A stretch of 64,000 nucleotides of DNA from assembly GCA_965228735.1 (NCBI GenBank), contig OZ245838.1, positions 4,256,001-4,320,000 of the forward strand, read 5' to 3'. Every line of letters begins with the position of its first letter. Positions within the stretch are counted from its first letter, which is position 1. This document shows positions 7,179 through 15,453 of the stretch, piece after piece. The notes under the pieces are model-generated. The model made no database searches. It had not been told where the DNA came from and saw only the letters and a list, made by a program, of their open reading frames with translations. This DNA is from Planctomycetota bacterium. GTDB lineage: Bacteria; Planctomycetota; UBA1135; UBA2386. The position numbers were made by a program, and so were the translations under genes.

Positions 7179-9728
7179 CTACTCGTTGCGGCCGGTCTCG
7201 TTGAGGGACCAGGTCAAGAACTCGATCCAGTCGGCCTTCCAGGCGTTCGGGCCGCCGCTGAGCTCGTGCTCACCGACGACCTCGTTGTCGTTGCTCGGGT
7301 CCACGACGACGAAGTAGGGCATCGTGAGCGTGCCGCCCGCGATTTCGTCCCGCGCCTTCAGGTTGGCGTTGAACTGCGCCTCGCTGAGGTGGTTCTGCGA
7401 GTCGCAGTGCAGTCGGGCTTCGACGAAGTGCTCTTTCATGATCTCGGCGACCGCCGGATCGAGGAAGGTGTTGCCTTCCATGATGCGACACGAGCCTCAA
7501 TTGAAGCCGGTGAAGTTGTAGAGCAGCAGCTTGTCCTCGGTCTTGGCGACCTGCAGCGCGCCGGCCGGGTCGTCCTTGACGATCGTGTGGCCCTTGGACT
7601 GCTTGGCCTCGCCGTCACCGCCGCCGCCGCCGCCCTCGAACTGCGGACCGATGTAGGCGCCGTGATAGGCCGGGATGAACGACGTCGTGATGAGGTCGAG
7701 GCGCTGGCCGTTCGAGCCCATCAGCAGGTAGACCGCGAGCAGGCTCACGAGGATGCCGGTGCCCTGACGCGCGCCGCTGACGCCCTCGTATGGCTGGCCC
7801 TTCTTCGGCAGGAAGCCGAACAGGAACGCGACCCAGATGAACAGGATCGTCGCGGTGAGCGCGAGGTAGAGCTCACGGTTGAGGACCTGCCAGCCGAGCG
7901 CGATGTCGACCATCGAGATGAACTTGAGCGCCGCGGCGAGCTCGACGAACCCGAGCGAGACCTTGAGCGTGTCCATCCACTCGCCCGACTTCGGCATCGC
8001 CTTGACCTTGGTCGGCAGCAATGCGAGTGCGACGAACGGGATCGCCATCGTCAGGCCGAAGATCGCCATGCCGAAGCCGACCTGCAGCGAACCCTGGTGC
8101 GCCACGCTGGCGAGCAACGTGCCGACGATCGGAGCCGTGCAGGTGAACGACGTGATCACGAGCACCGCACCCATGAAGAACACGCCGACGAGGCCGCCCG
8201 TCCGGGACGCCTTCCCGCCGACGTTCTGCAGGAACTGCGGCGGCTGCAGGTTGATCCAGCCGAACAACGCGAAGGCGAACACGATGAAGAACACGCCGAT
8301 CACCGCGTTCGTCGCCCAGTGATTCACGATCGGCCCGATGACCTGCGCCGCCAGCACTCCCACCACGACGAAGATCGTGATGATCCCCGCGCCGTAGGTC
8401 AGCGCCAGCGGCAGGACCTTCCCGCCACGCTTCTCGGCCTGCTTGGTGAAGAACGAGAACGTGATCGGGATCATCGGATACGTGCACGGCATCGCGAGCG
8501 CGAACAGCCCGCCGCCGATGCACGCGAGGATCAGCGCCCAGATCGAGTCGAACGCGCCCTTCTTCTTGGCCGGTCCATTGCTCTCGCCCTCGCCGCCCTC
8601 GCCGCCCCCGCCCGCTGGGACGACTCCTTCCGACTCGCCACCGCCGCCCTGGGCAACAGCCGCACCGGAGTACTCGCTCCGCACATCACCCGCCTCGACG
8701 ACGAGCTTGGCGGCGAACGGCGCTTCGGCCTCGGGCTTGCAGCCGTTCTCGTCGCAGATCTGGTAGTTGAGCATGCCGGCGAGCGCGACCTCGCCCGTGG
8801 CCATGCCGTCCGGCACCTTCACCGCCTGCTTGACCTCGAAGAACTCGGGCAGCGGATACTGCACGAGCCCGTGCGCCTCCTTGCGCTCACCGGGCGGGAC
8901 GTCCGCCTCGCCGACCGGTTCGAGTCCGGCGAACTGCACCTTGTCGTGGAACAACGCGACCGGCACGTTGACCTCTTCGTTGCTGCCGTAGGCGTGCCAG
9001 CCGAACGGCGTCGTCACCTCGAGGATGAGTTGGATCGTCTCGCCGGGACGCGCGGTCTCCGGATCGAAACGCGCGAGCACCGTCGCGTCCTCGGAGTCGA
9101 GGCCGAGGCCGGGCTTGAAGCCGGGGTCGAAACCGGCGCCGGGGTCCTGGCCCATCGGCTCCTGACCACCCGCGGCTTCACCGCCGGATCCCGACTTCGC
9201 CGCCGCCGCGGCAACTGTCAGCGTCGCGCTGAACGGCTTCTCCTCCGGCGGCCGACAGCCCGACTCGTTGCAGATCTGATAGTCGAACATGCCGGCGACC
9301 TTGACGTCGCCCGCGGCCATCCCGGCCGGCACCTTGACGGTCTGCTTGACCTCGAAGAACTCGGGCAGCGGATACTGCGTGAGCCCGAACGCCTCCTTCT
9401 TCTTGCCCGGCGGGATCTGCGCGTCGCCGACCGCTTCGAGGCCGGCGAACTGGATCTTGTCGTGCGACAGCGCGACCGGGATGTTGACCGTCTCGCTGCT
9501 GCCGTAGGCATGCCAGCCGAGCGCCGTCGTCACCTCGAGCACGAGCTCGGCGGTATCGCCGGGGCTCGCGGTCGCCGGCTCGAAGCGCGCGGACAGGGTC
9601 AGCAGTTCGGGATCGAGCCCCAAACCGGGTTTGACGCCCTGCGCGGCAGCGGGCGCCGCCAGTCCCAGGGCGAGCCCCAGGCCGGCGGCGGCCTGGAGCG
9701 AAGTCAGCCAGCGAACGGTCGTACTCAT
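7179..9728 (-). CDS. dsbD: DsbD-like thiol:disulfide interchange protein, probable selenoprotein (TGA at 7497-7499 read as Sec, 849 aa)
   Basis: Signal peptide, two DsbD-alpha-like domains (YQICNESGC, YQICDENGC), TM domain (AMPCTYPMIPIT, SFTCTAP, PKSGEWM). Then NFTGFN-TGA-GSCRIME continues in frame into the 7179..7481 thioredoxin-fold ORF (MPYFVVVDP). Confidence 0.85.
7452..7490 (-). promoter_or_regulatory. Candidate bacterial SECIS hairpin
   Basis: Directly after the TGA: TGTCG-C-ATC-AT-GGAAGG[CAACA]CCTTCC-TC-GAT-C-CGGCG; the apical loop starts 23 nt after the TGA. Confidence 0.6.
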
Positions 9729-9852
9729 CGGGGCGGGGATGATACGAGCCGCCCCGGTGAGGTTGCGCAGAAGTTCTGCCCGGCCATGGGATCGAGCGCT
9801 GGATCGGGCGCGCGCCCGTCCGCAGGAGCGGACGAACGCGCGACATGGCGGC

Positions 9853-12708
9853 CTACTTGCCCTTGCTGCCGGCGCCCCCGCGCAGGTGGATTGCCGTGAT
9901 CGCCGCCTTCGCCGCGGCCGCGATCTCCTTGTCGGTCTCGCCGGCCCAATCGATGAGGAACGGCAGCGCCTCGGCCTGGCCGAGCACGCCGAGCGACTTG
10001 ATCGCGAGCAGGCGCTGGGCCCTCTCCTGATCGGGCTTGCTCTGCATCAACAACTTCTCCGTCGCCGAAGCGGGCGAGGCATCGACGCCCTTGAGCACGC
10101 GGTCCCAGTGCGCCTGCTGTTCGTGGTAGAAGCGGATGCGCGTGAGCGCCTCGGACGCGGCCTCGCGGACCGTGGCTTCGGGATCTCGCAGCAGCGCGAT
10201 CAGCTGCGGTACCGCGTCGCGGGTCACGACGCGACCAGCGTACTGCACGGCAGCGAATCGCACCCCACGAACCTCGTCATCGAGCAGCGGCAGCACGAGG
10301 TCCGCGACCTCGATGCCGAGCTCCTCGGCAGCGCCGGCGCCGGCAACCCGCACGGCCGGCTCCACGTGCGATGTCAACAACGCGAGGCGCTCACGGTCGC
10401 GGACCCAGTCCGCCAACCTCAGAACCTTGCCGATCCTGGCCGCCTCGCTCCCGGCGCTCTTGCGCAGCAACTCCACGAGCGGCGCCTCGAACCTGGCTCC
10501 GTCATCGCGCTGGAGAACCTCCAGCAGCCGGAGACGACGCGCTGCATCGTCACTGCGCAGCACGGCAACGACCCACGCTCGCAGCGCGGCGGCACGCTCC
10601 GGACGCTCTTCCCCTCGCCACGCCCGCGCCGCGACCTTGAGCCACTTCTCCGCAATGCGATCGCGGTGATTCGCGAAGCGCGTCAGCGCACCTTCGACCA
10701 CGGCGACGAAGTAGACGTCGTTGATCGCGTCGATCGAGAATCGCCCGGGATCCATCGCGTCCTCGAACGCGGGTTCGGTCACGGCTCCGATCACGCCCAC
10801 GACCTCGTCCCGCCCGAACGGATGCGTCGGGATGCCCTCGTGCGGCCGGTAGACCAGGTACTGGAACGGCGTCAGTCGCGGCGCGTCCTCACCCTCGGCG
10901 AACGGGTGGCGCGCGGTCGAACCGAGCGCGACGCCCTTGCCGACCCATTCGAGCGCCTCCGCGTCACCCATCGTCAGGAGCGCGAGCAACGGCTGCGCGT
11001 TGCCGCCCCGGCCCTGCCGATCGCGGTAGGTGGCACTGACGGCGAAGGCGTGCAGCGCCCGCTTCATCTCCTCGGTCCGCACCCAGCGCGCGAGCCGCAC
11101 GGTCGACCCGATGAGCTTGTCGTTGTGCTTGCTCTCGTACTCCTGCCGCAACCACTCCGCGGCGCCAGGGTGGCGGGTGTTGGCCATCGGCCGCGCGAAG
11201 TTCGTCATGTCCTCGTAGCTGCCGCGCACGGCCTCCGCGCGCTCGCGCAAACCGGGGAACGCGGCCTCGGGCAGGTGGTCGATCCGGCTCATGGCGTAGA
11301 GCACGGCGTCGATGCGCGACTTCGACCCGCGGATGTGCGGGATGAGGTCGAGCACGTTCTCGGCCGTGATCCGCCCGGCGAGCAACCCGCCGATCTCGTG
11401 CATCCCGCCGTCGAACCAGCGCAGCAGCGGCGCGACGGCGCCGTCGCCGTGCTTCTCGATGACGTTCCACATCAGCTGCATCATCCAGTTGCGGCTCGCG
11501 CCGTTCGGCTCGTAGCGGGCCATGCAACGGTCGATGGCCGGCACCAGCGCGCGCGCCTGAGCCTCGGTGAGTTCATACGGCTGGCTCCGCGTCGACGGCG
11601 CCGCCGTCCCGCGCATGTCGGGCAGCGCCGCGAGCAGCAGGTGGATGCCACGCACGGATCGTTGCGACGTGGTGCTGCAGAGGAAGCGATGCGCCTGCGC
11701 GCCGACCTCCGGATCGGTGCTCGCGAGGATCGCCTCGACGCGATCGTGCAGGCGATCGAGCAGTTCGGGGGCGACCTCGCGGGGCGACATCGCCCACCGG
11801 AAGATCGATCCGAGCGCCGCCGGCGGCCCGGCGAGCGCGCAGCGCACGACCTGGTCGGCCGGCAGCAGGTTCGCGAGCGTGCCATTGCCGCCGCCGCGCG
11901 GTTCCGTGAACAGCAGCGCGGACGTCACGCTGCCGTCCGGGGCGGGATCGGCGAGGAAGCGACACGCGACCTCGAGCATGCGCTCGCTGCGCGCCTGGAA
12001 CGCGGTCCTGGCGACGTAGACGCGGAACGCGACGTTCTCCGCCTTGGTGCACGACGCGAGGTAGGACGCCGCGGCGTCGCCGCCCGTGCGCCAGAGGAAA
12101 CCCGCGAGACCGGACACGAAGTTGGCGAGCAGTAGGCCGTCGCCGCCGCGACTCATCGTCACCTTCGGCATCGCGTCCTGCAGCGCAGCGATGACCTCGG
12201 GCACGGCCGCCTCACCGATCCAGAGCAGCTGGTTGCTGAGTTGCGAGCTCTGGATGCCGTGCAGCGGTCCGCCCCAGCCGCCAATCGTTTTGTTCTCGCG
12301 GATCTTCTCCATGATCTCGCGCGCCTGCCCGCGCAGCTCCCAGGTCCGCTCCGAGTCCTGCCCGGGCCCGGTCTCGCCATCGATGACGAGCACGCTCGAT
12401 TTGCTCGCCTCCTCGAGGAACGCGTAGGCCTCGTCCTTCCGACCGAGCTTCTTCAGCAGGTTGCCGAGCCGCAGGTTGGCCCACGCGCGCGCCGCGACGG
12501 AAAGGTCACTGCCGGCGAGCGCCTCGCGATAGAGCCGCTCGGCCTTCGCGAGGTCGCCTTCCTGCTCCTCGGCCGCGATCATCGCGGCGAGCTCCTCGCG
12601 GGGGTGCGGCTTCTTGGGCTTGTCCTGGGCCGCGAGCTGGGCGGCGAGGCCGAGAACAGCCACGGCGAGCAACGTCAGGGCGGGATGGGTGGGTCTCAGG
12701 TTTCTCAT
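9853..12708 (-). CDS. Secreted TPR/HEAT-repeat protein
   Basis: Signal peptide MRNLRPTHPALTLLAVAVLGLAAQLAAQ, N-terminal TPR-like helices, C-terminal HEAT repeats (LLDDEVRGVRFAAV, LLRDPEATVREAASEAL). Confidence 0.8.
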   Translation of the reverse strand: MRNLRPTHPALTLLAVAVLGLAAQLAAQDKPKKPHPREELAAMIAAEEQEGDLAKAERLYREALAGSDLSVAARAWANLRLGNLLKKLGRKDEAYAFLEEASKSSVLVIDGETGPGQDSERTWELRGQAREIMEKIRENKTIGGWGGPLHGIQSSQLSNQLLWIGEAAVPEVIAALQDAMPKVTMSRGGDGLLLANFVSGLAGFLWRTGGDAAASYLASCTKAENVAFRVYVARTAFQARSERMLEVACRFLADPAPDGSVTSALLFTEPRGGGNGTLANLLPADQVVRCALAGPPAALGSIFRWAMSPREVAPELLDRLHDRVEAILASTDPEVGAQAHRFLCSTTSQRSVRGIHLLLAALPDMRGTAAPSTRSQPYELTEAQARALVPAIDRCMARYEPNGASRNWMMQLMWNVIEKHGDGAVAPLLRWFDGGMHEIGGLLAGRITAENVLDLIPHIRGSKSRIDAVLYAMSRIDHLPEAAFPGLRERAEAVRGSYEDMTNFARPMANTRHPGAAEWLRQEYESKHNDKLIGSTVRLARWVRTEEMKRALHAFAVSATYRDRQGRGGNAQPLLALLTMGDAEALEWVGKGVALGSTARHPFAEGEDAPRLTPFQYLVYRPHEGIPTHPFGRDEVVGVIGAVTEPAFEDAMDPGRFSIDAINDVYFVAVVEGALTRFANHRDRIAEKWLKVAARAWRGEERPERAAALRAWVVAVLRSDDAARRLRLLEVLQRDDGARFEAPLVELLRKSAGSEAARIGKVLRLADWVRDRERLALLTSHVEPAVRVAGAGAAEELGIEVADLVLPLLDDEVRGVRFAAVQYAGRVVTRDAVPQLIALLRDPEATVREAASEALTRIRFYHEQQAHWDRVLKGVDASPASATEKLLMQSKPDQERAQRLLAIKSLGVLGQAEALPFLIDWAGETDKEIAAAAKAAITAIHLRGGAGSKGK

Positions 12709-12754
12709 GATGTTCTCTTGGACCAGTTCTTCGGCCCGCCCCGGTCCGCCCAGG

Positions 12755-12781
12755 GTCAATTCGATGTCAAGCGGACGTCAA
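12755..12781 (-). promoter_or_regulatory. Three TTGAC direct repeats with 11-bp period; putative OmpR/PhoB-family operator
   Basis: GTCAA on + strand at 12755, 12766 and 12777, upstream of the HEAT gene. Confidence 0.6.
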
Positions 12782-13485
12782 GCCGGCGGCGCGGTCACGA
12801 GGCGGTAGCCGACGCCGTGCACCGTGAGCAGGTGCCGCGGCTTCTTGCTGTCCTGCTCCAACTTCTGCCGCAGGTTGAGCATGTGCGTGTCGATCGTGCG
12901 GTCGCCGACGAACTGGTCGTTGCCCCAGACGTCCCGCAGGAAGCGCGCGCGCGACACGGCCTTGCCCTGTTCGCGCCACAGCAATTCGAGCATGCCGGCT
13001 TCCTTCGGCGACAGCGCACAGGTCTCGCCGGCGCGCTCGAGCGTGAACGCGGCGAGGTCGACCCGCACCTCGCCGATCGCGAACTGGCGCGCGACCGCGG
13101 TCTCCGTGCGTTCGTGGCGTCGCAGCATCGCCTTGACGCGCGCGAGCAGCTCGCGCAGGGAGAACGGCTTGCTCACGTAGTCATCGGCGCCGAGCTCGAA
13201 GCCGAGCACCTTGTCGCCCTCCTCGCCGCGCGCGGTGAGCAGCAGCACCGGCGTGTCGGGATCGCGTTCGCGCAGCTCGCGCAGCAGCTCGAGCCCGCTC
13301 GGCCCCGGCAGCATCACGTCGAGGATCACGAGGTCGAAGCGCCCGTCCGCGAGCTCGGCGCGCGCCTCGTGCCCGTCACTCGCCGCCGTGACATCGTGCC
13401 CTTCGCCGGCGAACGCGTCGGTCAGCGCCGTGCGCAGCGTGGCGTCGTCCTCGACGAGCAGCAGTCGGAATCCGGGAGAACTCAT
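12778..13485 (-). CDS. OmpR/PhoB-family DNA-binding response regulator
   Basis: LLLVEDD, DLVILDVMLPG, LLTARG, GADDYVSKPF, winged helix (RTIDTHMLNLRQKLE...TVHGVGYR). Confidence 0.95.
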   Translation of the reverse strand: MSSPGFRLLLVEDDATLRTALTDAFAGEGHDVTAASDGHEARAELADGRFDLVILDVMLPGPSGLELLRELRERDPDTPVLLLTARGEEGDKVLGFELGADDYVSKPFSLRELLARVKAMLRRHERTETAVARQFAIGEVRVDLAAFTLERAGETCALSPKEAGMLELLWREQGKAVSRARFLRDVWGNDQFVGDRTIDTHMLNLRQKLEQDSKKPRHLLTVHGVGYRLVTAPPA

Positions 13486-15323
13486 GCGGCGATTTCCTTC
13501 CTGCCGGGCGGCAACGTGAACGTGAACGACGCGCCGGGGCCGCCGTCCGTCGGAGCAGAACAGACGAGGTCGCCGCCGAGTCGGCGGGCGATCCCGCGCG
13601 CGAGGTAGAGGCCGATGCCGACCCCCGGGGTCGCGCCGTGGGCATGCGCGCTGCCGCGCGCGAAGCGATCGAAGATGCGTTCGCGGTCGGCGCTCGGCAC
13701 CCCGGCGCCGTGATCCCGCACCGTGATCACGACCGGTTGCCCAGCGTCGCTCGCCAGGTCGACGACGATCGGACCGGCGCCGTACTTGCGCGCGTTGTCG
13801 AGCACGCAGATCAGCGCCTGCACGAGCGCTGAACGATCGATGCGCGTCACGATGGCGCCCCCGCCCGGCTCCGGCCCGCGATATTCGATCGCCGACGAGG
13901 CGCGCTCCGCGAGCGGTTCGAGCATCGTCACGGTCTCGTGCACGACCTCGGCCACGTCGCAGTCGCGCAGGTCGTAGGCCCGTTCGCCGCGCTCGACGCG
14001 GCCGAGATCGAGCACGTTCTCGATGAGCATGGACAGCCGCCCCGACTCGCTCGCGAGCATGCGGTAGTACTCCGCCTCGCGCCCGGCCGCGCGGCCTTCG
14101 GCGAGCATCTCGCCGAGCAGCCGGATCGACGCGAGCGGCGTCTTCAGCTCGTGCGTCACGGTCGTGAGGAACTCGGCCTGCGCGCGCACCGCTGCGGCTT
14201 CGCGCCGGCCGGCGCGCAGCTGCTGCACGACGACGAGTCCGAACGCCAGGAGCAGCACGAGCGTGAGCGTCGGCAGCAGCCACGTGCGCTGCGCGACCGC
14301 GAGGCCCTCGGCCGGCTCGACGCCGGCGACGAACGGCACGCCGCCGAAGCCGGCGCGCGGATCGTCGTGCAGGCGCGGCTCGACGAAGAACGGCCACGCC
14401 GGGAGCGTGCCCGTGCCGGCCACCTCGGTGACCGCGGCGACGAACTCCGCGGGCGCGAGCCATTGCACGTCGCTTCCGCCGTCCGCGCGCGGCTGCCACC
14501 AGAGCAGCCGGCCGGCCGCCGCAGTGTCGCCGATGCCGTGCACGCCACCGTCCCGTCGCGGCGCGCGCTCGCGCCACGCCGAACGCGCTTCCCGGATGCC
14601 GACGCGACGCTGCGCGACGGCGCGGCGCGCGCGATCCTCGACATCCGCGGGCAGCAACGTCGCCGCCGGCAACCAGCGCACCGGCGCGAGCAGTTCGGGC
14701 GTGCGGTCGGCCGGCGGCACGAGACGGAGCATCGATGCGACCGCCGTCGCCGTCGCGGCGTGCGAGAACGCGGCCGGCTCGAGCTGCTGCACGAGGTCCG
14801 CGAACTCGCTGACGAACCTACGCTCACGTTCACCCAGATCGGCGCGCCGGGCCTGCCACGCGGCTGCCGCGAGCACCTCGAGCCGGACGCCGATCGGCAG
14901 GCCGGCGGCGAGGATCTCGTCGAAGCCGCGCGCTGCCGCGGCAGCGTCACGGTCGACGAACTCGGAACGCGCGGCGCGCTCGAGGCGGTCCTGCACGACC
15001 GGATCGGGGTTGGCGACGTCGGTCGGCGGATCGAGCCAGCCGAGCTCTTCGTCGACCACGACCCGATCGCCGCGGATCGCGAAGCGCACCCCGCCCGCGG
15101 CCGCGAACACCTCCGGCGAGCCGGTCGCCCGCGTCAGCACGCGCGCCGCGACGGCCTCCGCGCGCGCGAACTCCAACGCCCGCGTCGCGCCTTCGAGCTC
15201 GAGCGTGCGCCACAAGGACCCGACGAGCGCGAGCGCGAGCGCACCGCCGAGCAGCAGCAGCGCGAACTGGATGCGCCCGCGCGAGGTCTCGCGCGACCCG
15301 GGCTTGTGGCGAAAGGCGTCGAT
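13482..15323 (-). CDS. Membrane sensor histidine kinase (start codon uncertain, possibly ATC 15323)
   Basis: HELKTPLASI (H box), LDNARKY, DHGAGV, FDRF, GIGLYL; two TM helices, the first upstream of the first canonical start (TTG 15215). Confidence 0.9.
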   Translation of the reverse strand: MDAFRHKPGSRETSRGRIQFALLLLGGALALALVGSLWRTLELEGATRALEFARAEAVAARVLTRATGSPEVFAAAGGVRFAIRGDRVVVDEELGWLDPPTDVANPDPVVQDRLERAARSEFVDRDAAAAARGFDEILAAGLPIGVRLEVLAAAAWQARRADLGERERRFVSEFADLVQQLEPAAFSHAATATAVASMLRLVPPADRTPELLAPVRWLPAATLLPADVEDRARRAVAQRRVGIREARSAWRERAPRRDGGVHGIGDTAAAGRLLWWQPRADGGSDVQWLAPAEFVAAVTEVAGTGTLPAWPFFVEPRLHDDPRAGFGGVPFVAGVEPAEGLAVAQRTWLLPTLTLVLLLAFGLVVVQQLRAGRREAAAVRAQAEFLTTVTHELKTPLASIRLLGEMLAEGRAAGREAEYYRMLASESGRLSMLIENVLDLGRVERGERAYDLRDCDVAEVVHETVTMLEPLAERASSAIEYRGPEPGGGAIVTRIDRSALVQALICVLDNARKYGAGPIVVDLASDAGQPVVITVRDHGAGVPSADRERIFDRFARGSAHAHGATPGVGIGLYLARGIARRLGGDLVCSAPTDGGPGASFTFTLPPGRKEIAA

Positions 15324-15329
15324 GCCGCG

Positions 15330-15371
15330 ACGATAGTTCGCGGGCCGCCCGACCTGTCAAGAAACGGTCAA
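15330..15371 (-). promoter_or_regulatory. Putative promoter with two 11-bp-phased TTGAC repeats and a TATCGT -10 box
   Basis: Minus strand reads TTGACCGTTTCTTGACA-N19-TATCGT. Confidence 0.55.
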
Positions 15372-15453
15372 GGGGCCCCGACCCACCCGGCCGTGAACAC
15401 ACCGAACCCGGTATCTTCGTCTCACGCCGCCACGCTCAGGCGCGACGGGGCGC

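Noticed and set aside
7179..7481. Independent 100-aa gene or DsbD pseudogene
   Set aside because: Starting at the ATG would drop the active-site motif; the frame is continuous across one TGA at the catalytic Cys position and no other lesions are seen. A nonsense mutation is not fully excluded.
7155..12135. 914-aa and 834-aa + strand ORFs
   Set aside because: Antisense shadows of dsbD and the HEAT gene; no motifs, composition typical of reverse frames in high-GC DNA.
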